64,000 bases of DNA, taken from the NCBI RefSeq assembly GCF_963921235.1, contig NC_086108.1:109866001-109930000 (forward strand), read 5' to 3'. Positions 13,432-26,664 of the stretch are shown one piece after another (position 1 is the first letter of the stretch; each line of letters begins with the position of its first letter). The stretch is from Mobula hypostoma (lineage: Eukaryota). Under the pieces are notes generated by a model, which saw only the letters and a program-made list of their open reading frames with translations, had not been told where the DNA came from and did no database searches. The position numbers and the translations under genes were made by a program.

Positions 13432-13858
13432 TCCATAAATTCGTTGGAATTTAGAAGATTGAGGGGGGATCTGATTGAAACGTATAAGATCCTAAAGGGA
13501 TTGGACAGGCTAGATGCAGGAAGATTGTTCCCGATGTTGGGGAAGTCCAGAACGAGGGGCCACAGTTTGAGGATAGAGGGGAAGCCTTTTAGGACCGAGA
13601 TTAGGAAAAACTTCTTCACACAGAGAGTGGTGAATCTGTGGAATTCTCTGCCACAGGAAACAGTTGAGACCAGTTCATTGGCTATATTTAAGAGGGAGTT
13701 AGATATGGCCCTTGTCCCTTGTGGCTACGGGGGTCAGGGGGTATGGAGGGAAGGCTGGGGCGGGGTTCTGAGTTGGATGATCAGCCATGATCATAATAAA
13801 TGGCGGTGCAGGCTCGAAGGGCCGAATGGCCTACTCCTGCACCTATTTTCTATATATA
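13432..13858 (+). mobile_element. 5'-truncated CR1 LINE 3' end
   Basis: SLEFRRLRGDLIETYKILKGLDR...FFTQRVVNLWNSLP, followed by the CR1 3' hairpin and tail. Confidence 0.9.
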
Positions 13859-13865
13859 TATAAAA

Positions 13866-15322
13866 CTATATGAAATAGGAACAGAATTTGGTAATTCAGC
13901 CCATCGAGTCCACTCCGCTATTTCATCATGGCTGATACCAGATCCCATTCAACCCCATACACCTGCCCTCTCACCATATCCCTTGATGCCCCAACCAATC
14001 TGGAATCTATCAACTTCCGTTTTAAATATACCCATGGACTTGGCCTCCACCACAGGCTTTGGCAGAGCATTCCACGGATTCACTACTCTCTGGCTAAAAA
14101 AAAGTCCTCTTTACCTCTGTTCTAAAACCTCAATTTTGAGGCTGCACCCTCTAGTTCTGGATACACCCTCCAGAGGGAACATCCTCTCCACATCCACCTT
14201 AACTAGTTCTTTCAATGAGAACCCCCTCATATTCTTTTAAATTCCATTGAGTATAAGGTCAAAGCTGCTAAATGCTCCTCATGTGTTAACCCCTTCATTC
14301 CTGGAATCATCCTCATTAACCTCCTCTGGACTCTCTCCAATGACAATGCATCCTTTCTGAGATAAGGGGCCCAAAACTGTTGACTATACCCTTAAGTGAG
14401 GGCTGATTAGTGTCTTATAAAGATTCAGCATTATCTCCTTGTTTTTATATTCTATTCCCTTTGAAATAAATGCCAATGTTTCATTTTCCTTCTTCCCCAC
14501 AGACTCAACCTGTAAATTAACCTTCTGGCAGTCTTGCATGAGGACTCCCAAGTCCCTTTGCACCTCGGATGTTTGAATTTTCTCTCCATTTAGATAGTAG
14601 TCCACACTATAGTTCCTTTTACCAAAATACATTATCATACATTTCCCAACACTACATTCCATCTGCCACTTTTTTGGCCATTCTTCCAATTTGTCTAAGT
14701 CCTGCTGCAATTGTATTGCTTCCTCAGCACTGCCTACCCCTCCACCCAACATCATATCATCCGCAAACTTTGCCAAAGCCATCAATTCCAGTATCTAAAT
14801 CATTAATAAATAATGTGAAAAGTAGTATTTCCAATACTGACCCCTGAGGAACACCACTAGTCACTGGCCGCCAACCAGAAAAGGTCCCCTTTATTGCCAC
14901 TCACTATTTCCTGCCTGTCAGCCATTCCTCTATCCGTACAGTATCTTTCCTGCAGTGCCACAGGATTTTATCTTGTTAAGCCGCCTCATGTGAGGTACCT
15001 TATCAAATGCCTTCTGAAATCTAAGTAAGTGACATCCACTTCCTCTCCTTTATACACCCTGCTTGTTACTTCCTCAAATAATTCCAATGGATTTGTCAGG
15101 CAAGATTTATCTCTACAGAAACCATGCTGATTTTGACTTATCTCCAAGTACCCCGAAACCTCACACTTAATAATGGACTCCAGCACTTTCCCAACAATTG
15201 AAGTTAGGCTAACTGACCTATAATTTCCTCTCTTTTGTCTTCCTTCCTTCTTAAAGAGTGGAGTGACATTTGCAATTTTCCAGTCCTCCAGGACCATGTC
15301 ACAATCAAGTGATTCTTGAAAG
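13866..15322 (-). mobile_element. CR1 LINE ORF2 fragment and 3' end
   Basis: DWKIANVTPLFKK, NYRSVSLTS, QHGF and KFADD remnants. Confidence 0.9.
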
Positions 15323-15989
15323 TGATCCCTGTCCCTAAAACCTAACCTCACCTCTAACTCCCCACATCCTTGTCCCTATCTCCTAATCTGACCTCTAAAC
15401 CCTCACGTACCTGTCCCTGTCCCTAAACTGACCTCTAACTCACCACATCCATGTCTCTAAACCCTAACATGACTCCTAACTCCTTTCTCTGGCTCCAAAA
15501 CCATCCTTACCAACCTAAAAAAAGCTTGGATCACACATAGGTACCTGGACAGAAAAGCCCCTCAAAAACACCTGAATCGTATTTGTTCACTGGCACCGTG
15601 CTTTCTCTCAACTGGATTAGAAGCAGGTCTTCTGAGGATAGATTAATCGAGATTGATCTCGAGAGTAGGTTAAAATGTCAGCACAACAGGCCCCTAATCT
15701 TTAGGAAGATTTAGAATATGAAACATACAGTACAGGCCCTTCAGTCCACAATGTTGTAGCAACCTTTTAACCTACTCCAAGGTTAATCTAACCATTCCCT
15801 CTCACAAAGCCCTCCTATTTTCTTTCAGCCATGTGCCTGTCTAAGAGCTTTTAAATGACCTAATGTATCTACCTCTACCACCACAAAACCCATTCCCTGT
15901 TAAAAGCCAATGTCTGACAGCACCCCACATACTTTCCTCAATCATCTGAAAATTATTATGGTTGATATAAATGAGGAAACAATAAATTG

Positions 15990-16473
15990 GGAGGTGCATA
16001 TGAGGTAGCATTTCTGGTGAACCCTTTCTGGGGCAGCTCACTCACCTTGGGTCCCCACCAGTTCTTACCCTTGGCTCCGAGTAGCTATTTACATGTGACA
16101 GTGGCCACGCCCCAGTACACTGCTTCGACAGACGAGTTAAACCAGGTGAGGGTAGCCGGCAGGTCTCATACCCTGGTGAGATGGGGACATGCCTGTCCTA
16201 GCCTACGAAGTCAGCTCTGGGGGACTGGCCAAAGGAGGTCTACAGTGAGGTACAACAACCAGGAAAGCAGATCTGTAATGCTTCGTGGGGAACGGCACAT
16301 AACACAGGAAGGTCATGGTGCCAAGGACCACTAATATTTGACCAGTTTGTGATGACCACTTGTACCACTAGACCCAGGCTTCTGAGGTCGAGAGAATTGA
16401 ACCCAATCAGTGGCTTTTCCCACTTCAAAAACTCTCCTGCACAGGTTTCCTGTCATTGTCGGATATGATGGAT
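15990..16473 (+). mobile_element. Non-autonomous bipartite RTE-like element
   Basis: RTE-like 3' end GTCATTGTCGGATATGATGGA. Degenerate flanking repeat AAACAATAAATTG / AAACAATCAAGTG. Internal similarity to 20107-20424. Confidence 0.55.
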
Positions 16474-17535
16474 AAACAATCAAGTGTAAATGAGTTCTCA
16501 ATGGTCAGTGTAGACTCAATGGCCCAAGGGGCTTGAGTCCATTCCTCTATAAAAATCAAAGAGCGCAGATACCAAAAATCTAACACAAATTGAAAAATGC
16601 TGGAAAGACTCAGAACATCAGCCAGCATCTGTGAAGAAAGAAGCAGCAGTAAGGTTTCAGGTTCGCTGGCTCGACGCTGAGTTCTGTGTATTGTTACACT
16701 GCAGGAATGCATTCATTCAGGGACTGAAAACTAGAAGCTGTTCTCATAACACCATAAGACATAGGAGAACAATTAGGCCATTTGGCCCATCAAATCTACT
16801 TGCCATTCCATCATGGCTGATTTATTATCCCCCTCAACCCCATTATCCTGCTTTCTCCCTGTAAACCAGGACACCCAAACTAATCAAGAACCTATCAACC
16901 TCTGCTTTAAATATACCTAGTCAATTGACCTCCATAGACTCACCTGGCTGAAGAAATTCCTCCTCACCTCTGTTTTACTGGGATATCCTTTCATTCTGAG
17001 GCTGTGCCCTCCAGTCCTAGACTCCCCCACTATAGGAGATATCCTCTCCATATCCACTCTATCTAGGCCTTTCAATATTCAATAGGTTTCAATGAGATCA
17101 CCCCTCATTCTTCTAAACTCCAGTGAGTACAGGTCTAGAGCCATCAAATGCTCCTCATACGTTACCCTTTCATTCCTGGGATCATTCTCATGAGTGTTGT
17201 GTGGACCTTCTCCAATGCCTGCACATCCTTTATTGGATAAGAGGCCCAAAAATGTTCAATATACTCCAAATGCGGTCTGGCCAGTGCCTTATAAAGCCTC
17301 AACATTACATCTTTGTTTTTATATTTAATCCTCTTAAGATGAATGCTAAGATTATGTTGCCTTCCTCACCGCTGACTCTTTTAGGCAATCGTGCACGGGT
17401 ACTCCTAAGTCCCTTTGTGCCTCTGATTTCTGAATTTGCTCCCGATTTGCTTCCCGCCTCTCCAAACAACGAATCTTGTCTGGTGAGTTGGTCAGGGCTC
17501 TGGGAGTATGGCTACATGCTTTGTGAACAACATAC

Positions 17536-17622
17536 CTTGGGTCCCCGCTGTCGAGGAGATTTCCCCAGCAGCTTTTCATCATCCTCCTCGCACTGCTCCA
17601 GCAGGTCCAAAATATCTTCTTC
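17536..17622 (-). CDS. TTLL7: TTLL7 internal exon (87 bp): EEDILDLLEQCEEDDEKLLGKSPRQRGPK
   Basis: EEDILDLLEQCE matches vertebrate TTLL7. Acceptor ttctcaag, donor AAG|gtatgt. Confidence 0.93.
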
Positions 17623-20021
17623 CTTGAGAAAAATTAATGTGAACCATTTGCATTAAGAAAACAATTAGCCTGATTTCATCAGTGGGGAAACTACTGCATA
17701 AGGTCAAAGCACAAGTTCAAGTTTATTTTCATCCCCCTTTACATGTAAGACCATAAGACCATAAGATATAGGAGCAGAATTAGGTAATTTTCCCATCAAG
17801 TCTGCACAGCCATTTTATCATGGCTGATCCAGTCTTCTGCCTTCCTCTCCTGTATCCCTTCATACCCTGACCAATCAAGAATCTATAAACCTCTGCCTTA
17901 AATTTACATAAAGACTTGGCCTCCACAGCTGCCTGTGGCAAAGAATTCCACAGATTCATCATGCTCCAGTTCAAAGAAATACCTCCTCATCATTCTAAAA
18001 GGACACCCCTCTATTCTGAGTCTGTGTCCTCTAGTCTTAGGCTCTCCCACCATAGGAAACATCCTCTCCAATGTGGTCGTGAATCTTTCAGAGGGTAGGC
18101 CTCAAAATCCCCGGTCTTGCCTGCTTTTGGCGACTGAGAAGGAGGTCGAATCGTTCGGACAGAGATGGCACTCAGTACTCGGTGTCGGAGAGCTGATCAG
18201 AGCTCGAAGTTTTCGGATGACTCAGAGTCGGACTGTGGTCGGCATGGCAGGGAGAGTTTTTCTTCCCTCTCCCGACTGCGTGAGATGTGGGATATTTGAG
18301 AGACTTTGAAGTTTACTGTGCTCACAGACTTTCTTCATCAAGTTATGGTATTGTGCACTGTTGTAACTATATGTTATAATTATGTGGTTTTGTCAGTCTT
18401 TTAAGTCTTGGTTTGTCCTGTGTTTTGTGATATCACACCGGAGGAATAATGTATCATTTCTTAATGCATGCATTACTAAATGACAATAAAAGAGGACTGT
18501 GTGTCTTCATAATCATCATCATCCACTCTATGAAGGCCTTATACCAGCAAACCAAACAATATTCCCCCAGACCATGGTGACCTACAAAACATATATCACA
18601 CACTGCATATAAACTAAAATATTCCCATAAATGAACTAAACAAAGTATGTGTAGTGCACAGCACATTAGAAAATCTTCATTGTCACAAAGTTATTGTTAC
18701 ACACAAAATGTTGGAGGGACTGATGAAGGGTGTCGACCCAAAACGTTGACTGTTCATTTCCCTCCATAGATGCTGCCTGACCTCCGTTCCTTTGCCATTT
18801 TGCATGTTTTGCTCAAGATTTCCAGCATTTGCAGAAATCTCGTGTGTCAGGCAGCATCTGTGGGTCTTAGGAAAGAGCAGATGTTGTGATAACTCGCTTG
18901 TCCCCTTTGCACTTACTACCTGACCCATTGTGAATTTCCAACGTCTTCCGCACTTAGATTTCCAACATTTATATTTTATTGCCTTTGAAGAGAAACTATT
19001 TTGTGCTTTCCCTTCTCTGTGTTGAGATTTTGCGTTAACTGCATGTTTCTTCATGAAGTTGTCACTTTGGTAGATGTCCCATGAGTGTGAACAATAATCA
19101 AAGTCAAAGTCAAGTTTATACTCACAAGTACCCTAGACAACACTGCAGCTCTCCCCAACCATTACCTCCTCACCTTAAATGCATGTCATTGAGTCATGAA
19201 GAGTTACAGCACAGAAACAGGCCCTTCAGCCCATCTAATCTGTGCTGAACTGTTATTCTGGCTAGTTCCATTGACCAGCACCTATGTCATAGCCCTCCAT
19301 AACCCTTCCACCAACATACCTATCCAAACATTTCTTAAATGTCCAAATAGAACCCACATCCATCACTTCTACTGGCAGCTCATTCCACAACCTCACCACC
19401 CTCTGAGTGAAAAAGTTCCCCCTCAGGTTCCCCTTAAATATTTCACCTTTCACTCTTAACCTATGAGCTCCAGTTATAGTCTCACCCACCCTCAGCGGAA
19501 AAAAACTGCTTGCATTTACTCTGTCTATACCCCTCAAAATTTTGTATACCTCCATCAAATCTCCCCTCAGTCTCCTACACTCCAGGGAATAAAGACCTAA
19601 GCTATTCAAACTTTCCCTATAAAGGACCAGATAGTGCAGACAATGAGAGGACGTTTCCAATAGTGGGGGAGCCTAGAACCAGAGGACACAGAGTCAGAAT
19701 ACAAAATGTCCCTTTAGATCAAAGATGAGGAGGAATTGTTTCAGCCAATTGGTGGTGAATCTCTGAAATTCATTGCCACAGACGGCTGTGGAGGCCAAGT
19801 GACTGAGTATATTTAAAACAGAGGTTGATAAGTTCTTGATTAGTAAGGGTGTCAAAGTTTACAGGCAGAAGGCAGGAGAATGGGGTTGAGAGGGAAAATA
19901 AATCAGCCATGACCGAATGGTGGAGCAGACTCAATGGGCAGGGGCCCAATTCGGCTCCTACGTCTCATGGTGTTACAACCCAGGTCCTTGTGCTCACTCT
20001 CCTCACAGTTTTGCGGCTTCC

Positions 20022-20058
<37 letters not shown>

Positions 20059-20106
20059 TGATAGAAAAATGGAGGACTCTGTGGGAGGGAAGGTTAGTTT
20101 GATATT

Positions 20107-20424
20107 TGTGTTCGTCCATCGTCGTCGATGAGGACCTCGTCACCATTATGATGGTGTCGTGACTAGCGCATGATTTGGATTTAAGTGAGGGAGTTGCGCA
20201 GCGTCAGCCTCACTCTCTCTTCCCAATTCCCATCTGGATCCAGTGGCAAGACAGAGTCGAGACGGCTGTAGATGGGACTAGGCGCAGTGGATGACCAGGC
20301 CGTCTTCTGTGTCCTGTCCTGCTCTACACGTTCCACGACGCTTCTTGACCGTTGGACCTTCCATAGGTCTCGTCCGCTCAATCCGCCGGAGTCTGTCTTC
20401 ACATGCAGGGATAGACAACTCCCA
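20107..20424 (-). mobile_element. Non-autonomous RTE-derived element inserted into a CR1 tail
   Basis: 11-bp TSD AGTTTGATATT at 20096-106 and 20425-435. RTE-like 3' end GTCCTCATCGACGACGATGGACGAAC. Confidence 0.7.
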
Positions 20425-20584
20425 AGTTTGATATTCGAGTAGGTTAAAAGGTCGGTACAACATTGTGGGCCAAAGAGCCTACACTCTGCTGTAACGTTCT
20501 ATGTTAGTGTTCCAGTAGCGTAGCAGTTAGCTACTGCAGCTCAGGGTGTTGAAGCTCGGAGTTCAGACCCAGCATCCTCTGTAA

Positions 20585-21060
20585 GGAGTCCTCCCCATGA
20601 AATAAAGGGGTTTCCCAGGAGTCCTCCATATTGAATGCGTGGGTTTCCCGGAAGTCCTCCCCATGGAATGCGTTGGTTTCCACGGGAGTCCTCCCCATGG
20701 AATGTGTGGGTTTCCAGGAGTCCTCCCCATGGAATGTGTGGGTTTCCTGGTGCCCTCCCCATGGAATGAATGGGTTTCCCCGGGACTCCTCCCCATGGAA
20801 TGCGTGGGTTTCCTGGAAGTCCTGCCCAAGGAGTGCGTGGGTTTCCCCAGGAGTCCTCCCCATGGAATCGATGGGTTTCCCCAGGAGTCCTCCTCATGGA
20901 ATGCATGGGTTTCCTGGGAGTCCTCCCCATGGAATGTGTGGGTTTCCCCAGGAGTCCTCCCCATGGAATGGTGGGTTTCCCGGGAGTCCTGCCCATGGAA
21001 TGCGTGGGTTTCCCCATGGAATGCGTGGGTTTCCCGGGAGTCCTGCCCATGGAATGGGTG
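20585..21060 (+). repeat. Minisatellite, about 33-bp unit GGAGTCCTCCCCATGGAATGCGTGGGTTTCCC(A), about 15 copies, inside a V-SINE
   Basis: Units counted by eye. The SINE head lies upstream and the SINE tail downstream. Confidence 0.92.
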
Positions 21061-21229
21061 TGTTTCTTCCCTGGTTCAAAGACGTGCCAGTTAATAGGTT
21101 AATTGATCATTGTAAATTGTCCTGTGATTAGATTAGGGTTAACTTGGAGTTGTTGGAGTTGTCAGAGGTTGCTGCATTATGAACCAGAAGGGCTTATCCG
21201 AGCTGGATCTCTAAATAAAACAAAATTTT

Positions 21230-21261
<32 letters not shown>

Positions 21262-21402
21262 TCACACACTCTCACTCACCCAGATCCACACACAGATGCA
21301 CACAGAAACACACACACAGGCAGACACATATAGACACACACACACAAACCCAGCCAACAGATCATTCTGTTCCCACATCCGAGGGTCCCTGGTGACCATT
21401 AC

Positions 21403-21538
21403 CTTCATGTGGTTCAGTGGGTTGCTCAGCTCCTTCTGCAGAGACGTGGCTCTGCTCGCCAGGAAAGTCTGGAAGGCAATGCAGAGCAGCTTCTCATATT
21501 TCTCCAGCAGCTGCTTGTCATCGGGCGGGTAGATCCTC
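21403..21538 (-). CDS. TTLL7: TTLL7 internal exon (136 bp): RIYPPDDKQLLEKYEKLLCIAFQTFLASRATSLQKELSNPLNHMK
   Basis: Hand translation gives RIYPP..K.LLEKYE and AFQTFL. Acceptor aactcag, donor AAG|gtaatg. Confidence 0.94.
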
Positions 21539-23804
21539 CTGAGTTGCCAGAGAGATGGAGAGACGGAGAAGGGACCATAATGACAGAGGTGTAAGAAAAC
21601 ACAACAACTCCTCCCACTTCTCCATGTCCCTAGCCTTCCAAGAACCCCTACTCATACTTCCAGCCCTGACCAGCCGTTTGGAAATACTGTGCGTTGTCGT
21701 TAGAAAAGATCTACTGGCTTTGCAGATGGTGCAGAAAGGTTCACCAAGTTGATTCTGGAGATGAGGGGAGTTGGTCTACGAGGAGAGACTATTGTGTTCA
21801 GATCTGGTCGCCTCATCATAGGAAGGATGTGGAAGTTTTTGAGAGAGTGCAGAGGAGATTTACCAGGATGCTGCCTGGATTAGAGGGCATGTCTTATGAG
21901 GACTGGTTGAGCGAGCTAAGGTTTTTCTCTTTAGAGCGAAGTCGGATGAGAGGTGACTTGGCAGAGATGTACAAGTTGATAAAAGGCATAGATTGAGTGG
22001 TAGAAATTGGTAAAACAAGGCAACTTACATTTAAGGTAACTGGAGGAAAATATAGGGGGGGTGTCAGTGGTAGGTTTTTTCACACAGAGAGTGGTAGGTG
22101 CATGGAACAGCCTGCCAGGGATGGTGGTAGAGGTAGATACATTCCCTAGGGGCATTTAAGAAACTGTTAGATAGACATGTAGATGATAGAAAAATGGAGA
22201 GCTAATTGGAGAGCTAAATGGACATCTTTCTAATATAACCGTATAACAATTACAGCACGGAAACAGGCCATCTCAGCCCTCCTAGTCCGTGCCAAACTCT
22301 TAATCTCACCTAGTCCCACTGACCTGCACTCAGCCCATAACCCTCCATTCCTTTCCTGTCCATATATCTAACCAATTTAACTTTGAACAACAACATCGAA
22401 CCTGCCCCTACCACTTCTGCTGGAAGCTCGTTCCACACCGCTACCACTCTCTGAGTAAAGAAGTTCCCCCTCATGTTACCCCTAAACTTTTGCCCTTTAA
22501 CTCTCAACTCATGTCCTCTTGTTTGAATCTTCCCCATGCTCAAGGGAAAAAGCCTATCCATGTCAACTCTATCTATCCCCCTCATAATTTTTTAAACACC
22601 TCTATCAAGTCCCCCCTCAACCTTCTACGCTCCAAAGAATAAAGACCCAACTTGTTCAACCTGAAGGCTGTGCCTTCTAGTGCTCTCCACATCCACTCTA
22701 TTGAGGCCTTTCAATATTCGATAGGTTTCAATAAGATCTCCTCTCATTCTTTAAACTCCACTGAGTACATGCTCTGAGCCATCCAACGGATTTCAGACAT
22801 TAACTTTTCCATTTCCGGGCTCTGGTTGCAAGAGGAGATTGGAGAGGCTGGGCTGCAGAGGGGTGATCTTAGAAAGATTTAATAAATTATGAGGGGCTTA
22901 GACAGAATCAGAAATCAGTCTCAGAGTCAGGTTTAGTATCATATGTGATAAAATTTGTTAGGATAGGATAGGAAAAGGATAGATAGAGGGTATTTTCCCC
23001 AGAAGAGTCTAGTACTAGAGGACCCAGGTTTAAGGGAGGAAGGCCAAGGGGGGAGTGGGGGGGTGCAAAAGGGAGGGAGAGGGGGGAGGAAGAGAGAGAA
23101 GGAAGGGGAAAGAGGGCCTGAACCTATTCTTCTGCTCCTCTCTCCCTCTCCACCTCTTCACTCGGTACTCTTGGCAGCATGGAGTCATACAGCAGAGACA
23201 CAACTGGTCAATGTCAAAGTGCCCACCAAAACTAGTCCTTTTTGTCTGCGTTTGCCCCTATAACATTACGTTCCCCATTTTCCTTCAATTTAGATGTAGA
23301 GATACAGCACCGTAACAGGACCTTCCAGCCCAATGAACCCGTGCTGCGCCATTACACCCATGTGACAAATTAACCTCCTAACCTGTATGTCTTTGGGCTG
23401 TGGGAGGAAACCAGAGCACGTGGAGGAAACTCTCGTGCATACGGCAAGGACGTACAAATTTGCCTATAGAGGACGCTGGAATTGAACTCTGAACTCTGAA
23501 GTCCTGAGCTGTAATAGCATCATGTTAACCACTACACTACCATGGCGCCCCAGGCATTCAGTATTTCTTCCAGCATTGTGTGTGTTACCTGAGATTTCCA
23601 GCATCTGCCGAATCTCTCACGTCTGCACAGAGATCAGATGTTGGGACTACATTGTGTTCAGCTTTCATGTCTAATCTGGCAGGGATCCATTAAAATTGGG
23701 ATAAGATATCAGTGTCTACAGTACACATAACTGCTGTGTTACTGATTGTGGGGCACTAATGTGCCTCAGTTTGGAGAATAAAGCTGGTAGCGTTAATTCC
23801 ATCA

Positions 23805-24800
23805 TCTCCAAGTGGATCCTACCACCAAATACATCTTTACCTCCCCCCCACCGCCCCCCCCCCACTTTCTGCAAGGATCATTCCTTCCGTGATTCCCTTG
23901 TCTATCCGTCCCTCCCCACTAATCTCCCTCCTGGCACTTATCCGTACAAGTGGCAGATGTGCTTTACCTGTCCATTCACCTCCTCCCTCAGTCCCATTCA
24001 TCGCTCCAAACAGTCCCTCCAGGTGAGGCAACGCTTCACCTGTGAACCTGCTGGGGTCACCTGTTGTGTCTAGTGCTCCTGATGCAGCCTCCTCTACATT
24101 GCTGAGAGCCGTTGTCAACTGGCCGACTGTTTTGTTGAGGATCTCAGCTCCATCCAATGCACAGCACAATTTCCTGGTGCCCAACCATTTCAATTCCAAC
24201 CCCCATTCCTGTTTGAAATGTTGGCCATGGCCTCCTGTTCTGCCACAATGATGTGACTCTCAGGTTGGGGGAGCAGAGCAACATATCATATTCTGTGTAG
24301 ATAGTTCCAACATGATGATATGAATATTGATATCTCCTTCCCATAATTCCCCCCCCCACTTTAATCTTACCTCTTCTCCTCACCAACCTAATACCTCCCT
24401 TAGATGCTCTTCCTCCTTCCATTTCTCCCGTGGTTCACATTCCCTTCCTGTCAGATTCCTTCTTTTCCAGCCCTTTGCCTTTTGCACCTGTCACCTTCCG
24501 GCTTCGTATTTCATCCCCCTCTCCCGTCCACCCAGCTTCACCTGTCACCTTCCAGCTTCGTACTTCATTCCCCTCTCCTGTCCACCTAGCTTCACCTGTC
24601 ACCTTCCAGCTTGTCCTCCTCCCACTCCCCCCACCTTCTTATTCTGGCTGCTTCCCTCTTCTTTTCCAGTCCTGATGAAGGGTCTCGGCCAGAAATATCG
24701 ACTATTTACTCATTTTCATTGATGCTACCTGACCTGCTGGGTCCTTTCAGCATTTTGTGTGTGTTGCTCTGGATTTCCAGCAAATGCAGGATCGCTTGTG
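23805..24800 (+). mobile_element. Penelope-like element, degraded 3' portion
   Basis: Frameshifted PGTYP..K..C.TC zinc-knuckle and GIY-YIG remnants, a pyrimidine-rich tract, and a hammerhead-like motif at 24667-24704. Confidence 0.75.
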
Positions 24801-24809
24801 TTTATTCAC

Positions 24810-24883
24810 CTGTAATTCCCCAGATTCTGATTTTCATGCTCCTCCCGTAGGATCTGCTTGCGGACTTGAGAAAGTCTCTCCTT
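24810..24883 (-). CDS. TTLL7: TTLL7 internal exon (74 bp): KERLSQVRKQILREEHENQNLGNY(R)
   Basis: Hand translation matches the TTLL7 KERL.QVRKQI.REEHEN...GNYR segment. Acceptor cttgcag, donor AG|gtgaat. Confidence 0.94.
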
Positions 24884-25786
24884 CTGCAAGTAGAAGGAGA
24901 GAAAACAGCTGATTCAGGTTCAGGTCTAACCACCACATGTACATTGAAGCGTGTAGCGAAACGTGGCATTTGCGTTTACAGCCAACGTGACCTAAGGTTG
25001 TGCTGGGGTCAGCCCGCAAGTGTCCTCACACATTCCTGTAGCAATATAGCTTTACCCACAATGCTCAGCAGAACAACGCAATCATCAACATCAGCTAGAG
25101 AAAAGCGAAACCTCTTCTAATCCACCTACACTCCTACATGCACAGACAGGCTTCTGGTCCCAGTACAGGCCGCCTCCAGGCCTCCAGTCCTTGGCTTTAT
25201 ACCGAGCTTTTGTCTGTGTGCTTGTGGCAAGGATGAGAGGATCTTCAGGGTCTCCCTCTCCACTGCTTGTGACATTCACTGGAGGCATTGCAGTCAAAGG
25301 GCCCAAAGCATTGTCGAGGGTCCCTACCACCCATCCCACAATGTCTCTGACCCATGACCATCAGGAAGGAGGTACAGGAGCACCAGGACTAGGACTGCCA
25401 GACTGGGTAACAGCTTCTTCCCCCAGGCTGTGGGTCTAATGGATACCCTGCCAATGAGGACTCAGCATTGGGACAGCAAGCTGTTTACTGTTTACCTGTG
25501 CTGTGCACTACATGCGTTTTGAATTACATTTCATTAACATTGATGGTAATATTTTGCTTTATGTGCTGCATGTGATATATGATTTATGATCTGGAGGAAT
25601 GTAGTTTGGTTTGATCGTACAGTCCGTTCATAATAAACCTAAACTTAAACTTGATGTCACTGGGGGCAGGAGAGCTCGATTTACCTGAAGCTGATAGTTT
25701 TTCTCTTGGAACACAGAAGGCGGAGGGGTGACGTTACGGAGGTTCATAAGATCATGGAGGGTGTAGGTAAGTTGGAGATTCAGATT

Positions 25787-26643
25787 CATTTTTGCTTTAA
25801 ATATACCCACAGACTTGGCCTCCACCACAGTCTGTGGCAGAGCATTCCATAGATTGGCCACTCTTTTAAAAAAAAATTGCTCCTTTCCTCTGCTCTAAAG
25901 AGCAGCCCCTTAATTCTGAGGCTGTACCCTCTAGTTCTGGAAACCACCACCATGGGAAACATCCTCTCCACATCCATCCTATCTAGTCCCTTCAACATTC
26001 GATAGGTTTCAATGAGATCCTCCACAGTCTTCTAAATTCCAGTGAGTACAGGCCCAAAGCTGCCAAACCATTCGTTCCCAGAATCACCCTCGTGAACCTC
26101 CTCTGGACTCTCTCCAATGACAACACATCCTTTCTGAGATATGGGGCCCAAAACTGTTGACAATACTCCAAGTGCAGCCTGACTAGTGTCTTATAAAGCA
26201 TTATCTCCTTGCTTTTATATTCTATTCCCCTTGAAATAAATGCCAATATTGCATTTGCTTTCTTTACCACAGACTCAACCTGTAAATTAACCTTCTGGGA
26301 GTTTTACACAAGGACTCCTAATTCCCTCTGCACCTCTGATGTTTGAATTTTCTCCCCATTTAGATAATAGTCTGCACTTTTGTTCCTTTTACCAAAATGC
26401 ATTATCGTACATTTCCCAGCACTGTATCCCATCTCCCACTTTTTTGGCCATTCTTCCAATTTGTCTAAGTCCTGCTGCAATCGCATTGCTTCCTCAGCAC
26501 TACCTACCCCTCCACCTATCTTCGTATCATCTGCAAACTTTGCCACAGAGCCATCAATCCCATTATCTAAATCATGGACAAACAATGTGAAGACTAGCAT
26601 TCCCAATACTGAGGAGCACCGCTAGTCACTGGCAGCCAACCAG
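25787..26643 (-). mobile_element. CR1 LINE ORF2 fragment
   Basis: KFADDTKIGG and LYKTLVRLHLEYC remnants. Confidence 0.88.
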
Positions 26644-26664
26644 GACAGGGTGGAGGTTTCTTAC

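Noticed and set aside
20531..21131. Several overlapping repetitive ORFs on both strands, superficially CRISPR-like periodicity
   Set aside because: Head-to-tail minisatellite without unique spacers; no cas genes; eukaryotic intron.
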